IMG/VR virus record: IMGVR_UViG_3300045806_000017
Span: 7,975-71,974 of that record
Reading direction: 5' to 3' (one strand)
DNA length: 64,000 bases
From: a virus
Position 1 is the stretch's first letter. Every line of letters starts with the position of its first letter. The translations under genes and the position numbers were made by a program. Under the pieces are notes generated by a model. The model was not told the DNA's origin, ran no database searches, and saw only the letters and a program-made list of their open reading frames with translations. Shown in pieces: positions 1 through 11,800 of the stretch.

Positions 1-3000
1 TAGTCTCAAATTCCTTTGTAGCTGAATACATAGATAAAGCTACTAACCCATTAAGTGTATGAGCTTTCTCTTTACCTTTGTGAACTGCGTTAATAATAGT
101 TCTTTGGTCAAACTCTTTACCTTCTTTTTGCTTATTAATTTCATCAATAGTTTTTTGATTAGCTTCAAGAATCTCTTGGAACTTAGGATTTATTTGTTCC
201 TTGGTTAAAGACTTAGCTGCTACACCAAATGCTTCTAATACAGCTAATTTAAACTGTGTTACAGCAAATTCATCACTTGGTTTAATCTTCACAAAGTAGT
301 TCTTAGGAGAAGATAAATTTCTTATCCATTTATTGTTTTGTGGATGACCTACACCAATGCCTCCAATACGTCCTTGATTCCAGAAAGTAGACATAAAGTA
401 TAATGGTTTAGAACCTTGCTCAGATAGCTCTAAAAGCTTGTCTAAGGCTTCTTTTTCCTTTTCATAAGATAATACCTTACCTCTATAAGATCTCTCCTTA
501 GACTGCTGTTTTTGCTCTTGGAAATCTACTCCTAACTCCATTTCTGCTCTAGCATCTTCATTCATAGCAAGATACAGCTTCATTGTAGGAGTATCTAATG
601 TATGTGGTGTTTGAACATACTTAGTTAAAGCATCTATACGTTCAGGAGTAATCTCCTGTGTAGTATGTAATCCAGTAGCTTTCTTACCTTTCTCTTTATT
701 AAAACCAAGAGAAGCTAATACACTAGCTTTATTAGGTTTCTTGGTTCTAGGTAATTCTTTTTCATAAGCAGATTCAAACATAGAAGTAATATCTTTACTT
801 CCTGCTTTAAGAGTATCCAACACTTGTTTTAAATTATATTCAATAACAGATTTCTTATCTTCAATATCAGAAGCTATTCTTACAAATACTACAGATTGAT
901 CTTGTAATTCACTTGGTTTAAGTTGTGTAGTTACTTTTGGATTAAGAACTTCGTTAAGTTTAAACCTATCAAAGGTAGAATTTTCTACAACAGAATATGT
1001 AACATACCCCATATTGTTTAAAGTATTTAAAGCATGTAAACCAAGAGATAGTTTTAGTTTAGCTATTTCATTCTCTGGGTATGTTTTACTTGCAGTAAAT
1101 TTCATAAGGTTAAATATGTTATTACCTAATCCTGTAGCTACCATTGCTCTTACTGAACCAAGTTCAGATAAAGCATTAGATATTTCATTCTGAGGGATAG
1201 TATTCTCATCCATTGATAAGATAAATTGAACATCCTTTTCAAAATTAAATAAAGTATCATTACCTTTATTCATAAGCCAATCAATACTACCCATAAACAT
1301 AGCAGATACTATATTAGGATCAAACTTACCGTTAGAAACATTTTGATTAGCTAAAACTATTAGAGGATCATCTTCAAAAGGTTTTTCTAAATATGATTTT
1401 TTAAATGCTTCTTGAAACTTAACTTCTTCTTTTTTAAGAGTTTCAAATGCTTTTAAACCATCCTTAGTATTAATTGTAAACTCGAGTAAATTAAATAAGT
1501 TTTGAAACAATCTAGGGTACTTACCAAACAAAGAATCTTTAACCTTATTAAATGAAAATATTTGAGATATAGGATTTGGTATAGTACGTTTTATAGGTTT
1601 AAGTGATAATACTCCTTTTTTTAACTTAGCTATATTAGCTAACTTAAATTCTTTAATTTCCTTTTGATACTCAGGAGTAAATTCTTGTTTAGTAGGTACT
1701 TCAAATTCAGTTTCTACATTTTCATTAATTATTTTTAAATAAGATTCTATAAGATTTGAAAGTAATGTATTTTCTTTAGGAGAGAATCCAAGTAAATTAG
1801 ATACTAGAGATATAAATCTATCCCATAATGATTTACTTCCAATACCTTCAATATCATTTAAAATTTTGTTTAGATGGTAATCAGTAAAACCATAAGTAAT
1901 TATTTCATGTACATCTGTAACTACACCATCATTAGAAATTCTATTAACATTAAAAGCATATCTTTTATTATCAATAGTCTTAACTATCCAGCCATCTTTA
2001 TCTGCTATACTTTCTAATTTATCTAATATAGTTCTAAGTTGTTTGTGTACTTCAGGGTTAAAGTCAATTATATTCTCAGTAACCGCGTGAAGTGTTTCAT
2101 GAATTACTGTACCCATAACTCTTGTAAAAGCATTTTTATCTTGAGTATATGCTAAAGTTTCAGGAGCAATATGGATAGTATTATTTCCTGCTGTATATAA
2201 TCCCCCAAATCCAGGATCTTCTTTAGATGTATGTACAAGAAATTTAATATCTTTAGGTAATATCTTTAATAAATGTTTAGCAATTATCCCTAATCTATTA
2301 CTGTTTTTACCTATAAAAAACAATACCTGCTGTAAAGTAACATCTTTAGTAAGCAATAATTTTCGCAATGCTTGATATTTATCATTCTCGGTATATTGTA
2401 CTTCTGTAAGCTCCTGTGGTTCGATTACAGACGTTTTATCTTCTGAGGTAATAACTTCTTCAGGTTTAGATGTTTCGTTGCTTATAGAAGATTCTACTGC
2501 TGTTGACGTTGCTTCCTCTGTAGGTACTCCCTTAGAGCCTTCTTGGCTTGTAGTTGTTGATGCTCTTTGCTTTTCTTCGTATCCATTTAATACTTCCTCA
2601 TAATTTTCAATATATTTATACTCAAATTCACCATCTTTAATAAGTTGTTGAATTTCATTAAATGTTCTTGTATCTGTTTTCTCAGCCCATTCTAATAAAG
2701 ATACGATACGTTCTTTAGCAATTTGATCTTCAAAATCTCCCTGTTCTTTATGTAACCTTTCAGTAACTATTTCAGAACCTTCAGCGGTATATGTAAGATT
2801 TGCGTAATTACCTTTATGAAATAAATCATTTTGAATTTTATCAATTAACTCATTATTATCTTCAAATACAAAACCATGTCCTCTTAATCTCTCTGCCATT
2901 TCGTCTAATGTAAGTGATGGTACTTTAGATTTACTATTAACTTTTTTATACCATGGGTATCTACCTTTATTAGGAGCTTCATCAATAAATTCTGATACAG

Positions 3001-6000
3001 CAGATTCTTGTAATCCCCCTTCTCTACCAATTACTTCTAAAAGACTAAGAGTCTTATTAAACTTGGTTTTACCCTTAGATTTTTTAACAGACTTTATTTG
3101 TTGTGTATTTACAGGAGATGGTATATTAGTATTGTCTTGATTTACTATAGTTGAATCTAAGGCATTCTCATCAGTCTGAGAGGTACTTTTAGTAGTAGAA
3201 GTAATACCAAAATGAGTATTAACTTGATTTTGGATATTAGTTACAGCATCAGTCATTATCTTTGCTTCAGAATTAACTTGTTCAGACAGCTTCTTTGTTC
3301 CAATAATACTCGTAAACTTTAGAGAATCATTATCCGTAAAAGGATTTCCTCTTTTTTGATATTCTTGTAATTGTTCTGTATATTTAGTTTTATCTGCTAC
3401 AGTTGTTGCATTAGCTAATTTATTAAATAGATCTGCTCTACCTGAATCGTAAGCTACCCACTTAGCTAGTTTATCTACCTTGGCTTGAATAAATTCTTTA
3501 TCAATATTATTTGATAATGCTAATTGAATTAAACCAAGATGTTCTTTATAACTAGGTAGCTTACCTCCACCTACTAATTTATCATTAGCTACTTCTTCGG
3601 TAGATTTTCCTTTTAAATATTTAGCTTCATACTCTTTTAATGCAGTAACTAATTCATTATTAGATTTAACAAACTCAGGTGATAGTTTACTTGTATCACC
3701 TTCAATCATTGTTGAACCAAATGTAGGTAATATCTTTCTGTGTATCTCTTCTAAAGTATCCTTTGGATCAATAGTAATAGTACCTTTATTAGTAACTAAA
3801 CCATTGATAGTATTTAATGCTTGTTTAACTGTTTTCTCTGTAGCAGGAGTAATATCTACTTTATCTGAATATACTTTAGAGATAGTTTTAGTTAATGCTG
3901 ATATAGCAGTATCTTTTTTAGATGTATCTGTTTCTGAAGTAGTAGGTAAATAATTATTTATAGCTATTGAATCAAAATCATTACTAGCTAAAGTAATTGT
4001 AGATAATCCGTCAGGGCGATTAGCAATAATTCTATGTTCACCTTTTGGAGTTATAATATGTTCTTTAACTGTAACATCTAGTGTAGAGTCACCTCTTTTT
4101 AAGGTTACTTTAGATCCTTTAGGATACGCTAGATCATAGTATTTAGAATCTTCTTCTTTAGATGTAGTTGAAGACGGATTCTTCACTACTTCTATGTTAG
4201 AACTTAGTTCAGTAGGTAAATCTTTTACCTGAGCAGACAATCTAAGTAAAGCTTCATCGAGGTCAACTCCTTTATCTTCTCTTATTATAGAAGAGAATGT
4301 TTCAGATGCTTTAGGTTCTAAGTTCTTAGTTTCAATACCAGTGGTAGCTAATACATAAGGATCATTAACTGAATCACTTTCTGCATATTCTTTTTGTTTA
4401 GCTGTAGAAATATCTTTAAGAATATTTAATGTATCTTTATCTTTAGTTCTACCAATATCATTAAACAATGAACCAGTATTAGGTGATGTAGCATCTGTTG
4501 TAGCTGTAATAATGCTGTCTTGAATATCCTCTATTGTAGTATTAGGATCATTAATAACATCAGAAAATCCTGTTGGATTACCTTGGTTCATTTGTGCTAC
4601 TACATGGTGTAGTGTAGTTTCAGCTAAAACAGACTTAGCTATAGAATTAAATTCTGGTGATTGTTCTCCATTTAATGCTTTACCAATAGCATTAGCCATT
4701 TGTTGTTTTTCAGCTAAAGTACCATTGTAAGGATAATCTTTAATACCTTGGTTTAATACAGATTCTGCTGTATCTGGAGTAGCATTAATGGCATCATTAG
4801 AATACCTATCAAGAATAGTCTTAGAAGGCTCTAAATCTGCCTCTGGTGGCACGATATTACTTTCAGTGGGTGTTTGTGTATCTGAGGATGTTTTATGAGC
4901 TTGTAGAGCATCATGTAACAATGTAGGTGTGTGCATACCTCCACCTAATAGACCACCAACAATAGCTCCTGAACCACCTGCTTGACCTACACCTTCCATT
5001 ACATTTTCTTTACCTAAAGCAATGTTTGTAGCTACTTGTTCATTTACTGATTGAGGAAATTCTTCTACTAAACCTTCAGAAGTTACTGCTTTAAGAGCTT
5101 TAGTAAATGCAGAACCTTTAACTCTATTTACGCCAACTAAAGCATCTGCTGCTGTAGCACCAAGTAATTTATTTGAACCAGCACCAATAAGACCTGTAAT
5201 AGCACCTCCTATAATAGCTGGTGCTATGTATTGCCTAGGATCTACATTAGCTTCTTCTGCTTGGTTTACAATAGAAGATGCTGCTTGAGTACCTTCAGTT
5301 AAACCTCCTATAGTTAATAACTGTTTTTGTACAGGAGCAGAACTAATATATTTAGTTGCTGCATCTTTACCTACTTGGGTAATTACACCATCAACAACTC
5401 CCCCAGAAGTTTTAGATGCAACTTTCATAGCTATGTTATCTACAATCCTTCCTGTAACTCCAATAGGTACAGCTAATTGAGCTATGTTAGCAGGTAAATC
5501 ATGTGTAAGTGTTGCTCTAGGATTCTCTACAAATGCCTGTACTGAATCCACAACATCAGAAGATAATGCCATAGCATTCTCATATACACCCTTTGGTTTA
5601 TATCCTAATTCATCCCGTAATCTTTGGGTTTGGTTTGATCTGTATTCAGAATCCTGTCTTGACTTAGCTAAAGCATCAGATTGATATAGTGCATCAGTAG
5701 CAGCATCTAATCTATTTGGTTCATATTTAAGATTGTTTAACGTGTCTTTTGCTTCATCCGATATAGGTAAAGCATCTATTAATGGTTTAGCATAATGAGT
5801 TCTATTTTGTAGAATATTTTGTAATTCGTAACCTGTACCAATATCACCAACTTTCTTAATAACATCACCTACATCTCCTCCAACAGAATTACCTATAGCT
5901 TGTATAGGAGCATTCAACGATGCAGAAACTAAACCACTAGTACCTGTAGCTATATTACTCAATACGGTAGGTGTTTTAGTTAAAAGAGTACCTGCAAAGT

Positions 6001-6667
6001 CTTTAGCTGTATCTATTAATCCACCACCATCTTTGTTTATTTTAGCAAAGTTATATTGTGTGTTATATGCAGCATTTAACTCAGGAGTATTCATAGCATC
6101 AACAGCAGAGGTATTCTCATTAGAGAATTTCATATCTCCTAAATGTCTACTAAACTCATCTAAATTATTTTTTTCATCTAAAGCAAAGTCTAATCCAGTT
6201 TTACCTTCATTAACTTGTTTAAGCTTATCTGCTAATACTTGTTTAGCTTTATTACCCCTATCATATACATCTTGGTTTGTAGCTGGATTAAACCAACCAT
6301 GAGACCATTCATTATCAATAGCATCTCTTTGTTTTTGTAGTCTAACAGCTACTTTAGGATTTGATTCATTACCATGATTAACCTCATAAGAGTTAAATGA
6401 TTCACCAAAGTTATTACTCTTAAGTCTTACATCAATTGGTTTAATATTAGGGTCAAAAGCTTTATCTGCAATACTAGGATTAATCCTAACAGTATCAGCA
6501 TCTAATGCTTCAACAGATCTATTCTTTAAATCTGCTGAACTAAAGCCTAAATTATCTCTTTTCTGAAATACCTTATCTAAAAGACTTATCTTCTTTTCTT
6601 GAACCAAATTTGTATTATCATCAAAAGAATCTTTTGTAAAAGTAGAACCACCAAACGAAGAAGACAT
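1..6667 (-). CDS. Virion-encapsidated RNA polymerase (N4 gp50-like), truncated at the window edge
   Basis: ATG at 6667 with an AAGGA RBS. Frame spot-checks at 6667, 2101, 382 and 4 agree; the full length was not checked codon by codon. Contains FWNQGRIGGIGVGHPQNNKWIRN (T/DxxGR-like motif, ~320-385) and HTLNGLVALSMY, the segment preceding motif A. More than 2200 codons, syntenic with N4 gp50. Absent from the ORF track because it has no stop in the window. Confidence 0.9.
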   Translation of the reverse strand, partial: MSSSFGGSTFTKDSFDDNTNLVQEKKISLLDKVFQKRDNLGFSSADLKNRSVEALDADTVRINPSIADKAFDPNIKPIDVRLKSNNFGESFNSYEVNHGNESNPKVAVRLQKQRDAIDNEWSHGWFNPATNQDVYDRGNKAKQVLADKLKQVNEGKTGLDFALDEKNNLDEFSRHLGDMKFSNENTSAVDAMNTPELNAAYNTQYNFAKINKDGGGLIDTAKDFAGTLLTKTPTVLSNIATGTSGLVSASLNAPIQAIGNSVGGDVGDVIKKVGDIGTGYELQNILQNRTHYAKPLIDALPISDEAKDTLNNLKYEPNRLDAATDALYQSDALAKSRQDSEYRSNQTQRLRDELGYKPKGVYENAMALSSDVVDSVQAFVENPRATLTHDLPANIAQLAVPIGVTGRIVDNIAMKVASKTSGGVVDGVITQVGKDAATKYISSAPVQKQLLTIGGLTEGTQAASSIVNQAEEANVDPRQYIAPAIIGGAITGLIGAGSNKLLGATAADALVGVNRVKGSAFTKALKAVTSEGLVEEFPQSVNEQVATNIALGKENVMEGVGQAGGSGAIVGGLLGGGMHTPTLLHDALQAHKTSSDTQTPTESNIVPPEADLEPSKTILDRYSNDAINATPDTAESVLNQGIKDYPYNGTLAEKQQMANAIGKALNGEQSPEFNSIAKSVLAETTLHHVVAQMNQGNPTGFSDVINDPNTTIEDIQDSIITATTDATSPNTGSLFNDIGRTKDKDTLNILKDISTAKQKEYAESDSVNDPYVLATTGIETKNLEPKASETFSSIIREDKGVDLDEALLRLSAQVKDLPTELSSNIEVVKNPSSTTSKEEDSKYYDLAYPKGSKVTLKRGDSTLDVTVKEHIITPKGEHRIIANRPDGLSTITLASNDFDSIAINNYLPTTSETDTSKKDTAISALTKTISKVYSDKVDITPATEKTVKQALNTINGLVTNKGTITIDPKDTLEEIHRKILPTFGSTMIEGDTSKLSPEFVKSNNELVTALKEYEAKYLKGKSTEEVANDKLVGGGKLPSYKEHLGLIQLALSNNIDKEFIQAKVDKLAKWVAYDSGRADLFNKLANATTVADKTKYTEQLQEYQKRGNPFTDNDSLKFTSIIGTKKLSEQVNSEAKIMTDAVTNIQNQVNTHFGITSTTKSTSQTDENALDSTIVNQDNTNIPSPVNTQQIKSVKKSKGKTKFNKTLSLLEVIGREGGLQESAVSEFIDEAPNKGRYPWYKKVNSKSKVPSLTLDEMAERLRGHGFVFEDNNELIDKIQNDLFHKGNYANLTYTAEGSEIVTERLHKEQGDFEDQIAKERIVSLLEWAEKTDTRTFNEIQQLIKDGEFEYKYIENYEEVLNGYEEKQRASTTTSQEGSKGVPTEEATSTAVESSISNETSKPEEVITSEDKTSVIEPQELTEVQYTENDKYQALRKLLLTKDVTLQQVLFFIGKNSNRLGIIAKHLLKILPKDIKFLVHTSKEDPGFGGLYTAGNNTIHIAPETLAYTQDKNAFTRVMGTVIHETLHAVTENIIDFNPEVHKQLRTILDKLESIADKDGWIVKTIDNKRYAFNVNRISNDGVVTDVHEIITYGFTDYHLNKILNDIEGIGSKSLWDRFISLVSNLLGFSPKENTLLSNLIESYLKIINENVETEFEVPTKQEFTPEYQKEIKEFKLANIAKLKKGVLSLKPIKRTIPNPISQIFSFNKVKDSLFGKYPRLFQNLFNLLEFTINTKDGLKAFETLKKEEVKFQEAFKKSYLEKPFEDDPLIVLANQNVSNGKFDPNIVSAMFMGSIDWLMNKGNDTLFNFEKDVQFILSMDENTIPQNEISNALSELGSVRAMVATGLGNNIFNLMKFTASKTYPENEIAKLKLSLGLHALNTLNNMGYVTYSVVENSTFDRFKLNEVLNPKVTTQLKPSELQDQSVVFVRIASDIEDKKSVIEYNLKQVLDTLKAGSKDITSMFESAYEKELPRTKKPNKASVLASLGFNKEKGKKATGLHTTQEITPERIDALTKYVQTPHTLDTPTMKLYLAMNEDARAEMELGVDFQEQKQQSKERSYRGKVLSYEKEKEALDKLLELSEQGSKPLYFMSTFWNQGRIGGIGVGHPQNNKWIRNLSSPKNYFVKIKPSDEFAVTQFKLAVLEAFGVAAKSLTKEQINPKFQEILEANQKTIDEINKQKEGKEFDQRTIINAVHKGKEKAHTLNGLVALSMYSATKEFET

Positions 6668-6675
6668 ATTATTCC

Positions 6676-7596
6676 TTATTTATAATTTTGCATTGCTTCT
6701 GTAAACTTATCCATTTTTAATCTCTTTCCTACTGTAAGAGGTACAGTTGCTCCTACAATTGATCCTATACCTGCTCCAGCTAAAGCTCCTCCAGGACCAC
6801 CTAAAGAACCTGAAACTGCCCCAACACCTGCACCTGCTAATCCACCTTCTAAGGCATATTTTAAATACTGATCCCATGTAGGGTTAAAGGTATTAGCTGT
6901 AGCATTAGAAACTATTGCATCATATTTTTTAGGATCATTTGATGCTTCATTTAACTGAGCAAAAAGAATATCTTTTTGATCTTTAGGCAAATCATTTGCT
7001 CCCATATTATCTAAAGTTAATTTAATATCCTTTGGTTTAAGATCAGTATCTTTCTTTGGTTTAGCGTCAGCAACCTCTTTAGCCATTTGTCCTTTAAGCA
7101 ATATCTCTTGTAATCTGTCTACTTGAGAAGCATGAGTTTGAGGTTTACTTTGTTCTTGGAAAGATTGCATTGCTAATGGATTACCTTGAAGCATTGAATT
7201 AGTAGCTCCAACAATAGGATCAAATTGATAATCTTTTTGAATGTTAGCTACATCAGTTACTTCATTACCATCTGCTGTGTAGTATTTGCTATCAGAACCT
7301 TGTTTAACAGCATTACCATTGTAAGACATACCTTTAACTTGTTTTGTGTCTTGTAGAGCCTTAGCGAAGCTCTGAATATTCATCTTGTTCTGTTCTGCCA
7401 TATATGAAGGACTCTTCATTCTAGCGTCTTGATAAGCTCTATTATTATCTACAGCAGCTAATAAACCATCTTCTAAAGGAGTTACACTTTGTAGTTTTTG
7501 AGGGTTTAATTTGTTGAATATTGAATCTTGTTCTTGTTCTGTTAGAGCATTATTTCTTCTAACAGTTTCTTCGTTAAGTTGTGATAATGCACTCAT
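6676..7596 (-). CDS. Putative internal virion/ejection protein (N4 gp51 position)
   Basis: Gln/Asn-rich with a C-terminal Gly-zipper (GGLAGAGVGAVSGSLGG); directly upstream of vRNAP. Confidence 0.55.
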   Translation of the reverse strand: MSALSQLNEETVRRNNALTEQEQDSIFNKLNPQKLQSVTPLEDGLLAAVDNNRAYQDARMKSPSYMAEQNKMNIQSFAKALQDTKQVKGMSYNGNAVKQGSDSKYYTADGNEVTDVANIQKDYQFDPIVGATNSMLQGNPLAMQSFQEQSKPQTHASQVDRLQEILLKGQMAKEVADAKPKKDTDLKPKDIKLTLDNMGANDLPKDQKDILFAQLNEASNDPKKYDAIVSNATANTFNPTWDQYLKYALEGGLAGAGVGAVSGSLGGPGGALAGAGIGSIVGATVPLTVGKRLKMDKFTEAMQNYK

Positions 7597-8852
7597 TGCA
7601 AGTTCTCCATAGCTTGTTTATTTCTTTTATAGAAGTCTGAATTTCTATCTACTTTACCATATTCATTTAAAGAAGACATTCTGTCTTTCTTTTGTTGAGC
7701 TAACATTGCTTGAAATGCAGGATCTGAATTATATGAACCACCTACATTAGTAGCTTGGTTTGAATACAAAGGAGAGCTTCCAGGAGTGTCATATTGCTGT
7801 ACTCCAGTAACTCCTGTAGATTTACCTACTGAAGATGTATCAGGCTTAAATTGAGCTATAGCATCCAATGTAGGAGACAATACTTGTTTCATATCAGGTA
7901 CAGTTTGTGGATTATAAACACCATTCTGTACAGAAGGTATACCATTAGAAGCTTCAGAACCTGGATTATATTTTCCATTTGATATTGATGGTGGCTGTAT
8001 TGGACTCATATTTTGAGTAGTAGGAGATGTTGAGATATATCCTGTAGAATTAGGGTCTTCATTATAGGTTGGTAAATGTGCTTTAGATATATCATACGGT
8101 TTACCCGACATAAGAGACAAAATATCACTTCTACTTCCTTCAGGATGCTCTCTTTCAGCTACTGCTTGTGTAGCTCCTTGAGGTGTTAAAGAACCTCTGT
8201 AAGCTCTATCTGCCATGCTTGCTGCACTATATATATTTGCACCGTTACCTATAAGTTTTGCTGCTGGAGATTGTAAAGCTTCACCTAAAATACCTGCTTT
8301 ATTACCAATGAATTTACCTACTCTATTATCTGCTATTCCTGTACCAAATGATTGTGGTGTTGTTGGTGTAACATCTTTAATATCGGGTAACTTACTTATT
8401 TGAAATTCATTCCATCCTTTTTGTACTTGTGCAGGATCAACCGTATTAGAGGATACTCCATTAATCGAAGGAGATTCCCAATTAACTAAACCTGGTTTTG
8501 GTTGAGTATATGATACTTTTTCAGGTATAGATAATCCTGCTTCTCTTGAATCTAAATCATAAAGAGGTCTATCAACAGAACTATACTTACTTAATGCAGA
8601 TTCTATCTCAGGAGAATATCCTTTAAACTCAGGATGAGTTACAGGAAATCTTTCTCTGGTAATACCCATATCAGCATTATAAGATTCAGGCTGTATATAT
8701 GGAGTAGTTGATTTTGTTACAGGTAAATCTTTAGGTAATTTACTTTTAGTTTTACCATACCTTTGAATTCTATCTTTTCCATAGTTATCTAAGAATTCCT
8801 TTTCTGTTGGAGGAAAACTGCTAACACTTGCTGTGAATGGTTGTATAGCCAT
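7593..8852 (-). CDS. Putative internal virion/ejection protein
   Basis: Low-complexity Pro/Ser/Thr-rich ORF between the gp53-like gene and vRNAP; RBS present. Confidence 0.45.
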   Translation of the reverse strand: MAIQPFTASVSSFPPTEKEFLDNYGKDRIQRYGKTKSKLPKDLPVTKSTTPYIQPESYNADMGITRERFPVTHPEFKGYSPEIESALSKYSSVDRPLYDLDSREAGLSIPEKVSYTQPKPGLVNWESPSINGVSSNTVDPAQVQKGWNEFQISKLPDIKDVTPTTPQSFGTGIADNRVGKFIGNKAGILGEALQSPAAKLIGNGANIYSAASMADRAYRGSLTPQGATQAVAEREHPEGSRSDILSLMSGKPYDISKAHLPTYNEDPNSTGYISTSPTTQNMSPIQPPSISNGKYNPGSEASNGIPSVQNGVYNPQTVPDMKQVLSPTLDAIAQFKPDTSSVGKSTGVTGVQQYDTPGSSPLYSNQATNVGGSYNSDPAFQAMLAQQKKDRMSSLNEYGKVDRNSDFYKRNKQAMENLQ

Positions 8853-8862
8853 ACATAATTCC

Positions 8863-11800
8863 TTACATTTCTAAATCATTAAATTGTGATGATAAATCTG
8901 CAAAGGGATCTACTTCATTTTCAAAAGTAAATTGAGTAGATAAATCACCAAAGATGTTATTTTCTAAACTGTACTTTTCCCATTCAAATACTAACTTAGA
9001 GTTCATTATTTGATTAACAAAAGTTTTAGATAATTGCTCTTGTCCTACCATGTATGTAGCTTTATCCCATGTAGGTGATACAGGTCTATATGCAGATATA
9101 TTAGGTGCAACTGCTATTTTATACATCATATCAGAAAAGTCTTGCTTTTCTTTATCAGCTTCTGTATCTGGGACATTATTAGCTATTCTTTGAGCTAATT
9201 CTTCTCTAGTATACTTACTAAGGAATGAATCTAAACAAGCAAGCATAACCTCTTTACGTTTAGAGAATGGTACAAAATAATTCTTAGGTGTAGTTATAAT
9301 CTCTTGTTGTTCATCTGTTAGTTCTATTGATACAAGTAAATTTAAAGATCTTTGAACCAAGTTGTTTATATCATTTACTGTGTATTTAGTATCTTTCTCA
9401 TAATACTTCATATCTGTTAAATCATGATGCCATAGAGGTATTATGAATTGCTTTAAATCAACAAGTTCTTTTGGTTCAATAAGTGTATCATTAAAGGATA
9501 CTTCAGCTACAGATGTATCTTTAACAAATGCACCTTGATTCAAAGAGTATGCTAATGAATCAGAATCTGTTCTATATTCTTTTGTATCATCCTTAGTTTC
9601 ATAAGTACCTTCATCAATTTGAACATTACTACTCTGTAAAAAAGGTAGTAAATAATTTTTGTTATACTCAATCTTTAAACCATGAATAGATATTTTAGTG
9701 TATGTGTTTAAAGTAGTTTGTTGATACACCTCTAAGATAGCATTAGTGTAGTCGATTTCTCCGTTTATTATATAATAATCAGAGTTTATACCGTGTAGTG
9801 TTTGTGAAGGTGTATCATATACAGGATATGAAAGATTATACATTGATGTATCAGGATTGTGTACAATATTAGAATCATAAGGAATTTCTCCTGATAATTC
9901 TTCTTTTTCAATGTAGTTAAATCTTAGATTAGTTTCATGTTGAGTATTTCTAATACTAACAATATTCTCTAAGTTATAAGCGTCTAGGTACTTATAATTA
10001 TTATTGGTTTGATGGTCTTGGTAATCTAAGAACTTTTGCTTATCTACATTACATAGAGGTTCTAAGTAGTTAAATAACTCAAAGAAATATTTACTTACTT
10101 CTTCACTAGAATCATCTACAGCTAAACCAAAGAACAGATATACATCCTTTATTATTTTATCTAACGTATATGTGTAGGTAGTATTTAATATATTTTTGTT
10201 TGTTAAAGCATCATAGTATGAAAATAGTTCAGGTGTTGAATCGTTCTGTTTAAAAGAATTCATCACAGGTGATTTGTATGTATCATACCTTGCCTTCACA
10301 GATTTTAGTATTTGAAAATCTTCTATATAAAATGTTAATTCTCTTTTTGTACTAAATACTTCTGTTAAACCAAACATATTTATAAATACATTTCTCAGTA
10401 TTTCATCAGAAGACTTAGCTAATACCGAAGACAGAGCTTTTGGCTCTACTTCAGCTAAATCCTTCATATTTTGTTTGATAGGTATAGTAGGGTAGAATTC
10501 TAAATAACTTTCAGAATCATCTGGATTACTTAGTAATGGTTTATCCTTTTCATCTATAAGTCCTTGTAAATAAGGACAATCATCTTCAGTTAAATAGATG
10601 ACACCATATTGGGTAGGTATAGTATTTTTCTCAATATATACTATAACTAAATACTTTGGATCTATTGGTTTGTAAACTTCTTCAGTAAATACCTCTGGAT
10701 TATCTTCCGTGTAATCCTTTCTTTTAGCAAAGAATATTTTTACCAAGTCTACATCTTTTTGATTGTAGCTCATCCCTGCTAAAGTAACATCCCTCTTACA
10801 AAAGTGTTGAGGCATAAGGTTAGCCCAATACAGAGAGTTACCAAACTTTCTAGATTTATAGTTATACCCAAAAAAGTCATCAGTTTCTGAATAATCTATT
10901 AGAGCTATTTCTAACCAAGTATTTTTATTAAAATCTTTTTGATTTGTAATAAATTCTAAATTCTCAGGAATAGTTCCTTGCTCTTTATCATTTACTGTTA
11001 CTGGCTTACCTTCAGAATCAATCTTCTTTAAATCTAATACAGCTACGTTAGCTATCCTATACTGTTTAAGTAATGAGAACATATCTTGATACTTAGATTC
11101 TAGTTCTTTTAATTTATTTTCAAACTGTAGACAAGCATCTGTTACTACTTTCAAGTTAACAACATATTCTTTTTCAGATAGATATTCGTCTTCCTTCAGA
11201 ATGGAATACTTCTTATTTCTCTCTGTAATTAACTGTGTAAGAGTTGTTTTGTGTTCATTTTCATTCGTAACAACCTCTTCTAGTTGTTTTAAGTATAGAA
11301 GTTTTAATATAGAATCTTCTGTGTTACTTTGATTTAAGGTGTCTAACGTATCTTGATAATCATTAAGTGTATTTTCTTTTTCTTGTAATTGGTTTTGTAA
11401 ATCAAGATTATGCGGTAATGTAGGGTTGTTGCTAATGGCTGAAATTTCTGTAGAAATAGTTTTAATATCTATTTCTAAATAAAATTGTTCTTCTAATTTT
11501 TCAATATCTTCTATAACGTAAGCTTTGTTTTCATCACTTACCTTTGTGTTAAATTTAGTTAAAGCATCTGCTTTAGTTGTTATAGGAGGAACATCCTCTG
11601 GCATCTTATTGATAGTATTCAGTTCATTTTGTAAGTCTTCAGCTTTTCTATCTTGATAAGCTTTACCTAAAAATATATCTAAATCTGTATAGAATTTTAA
11701 TACATTCTCTTTCTCTTGTTTAATGTAAGCTATACAATTTTGTTCTAACTGAGCATAATCAATAAAGGTATCACTAAGATACCCATAACACATACCATAA

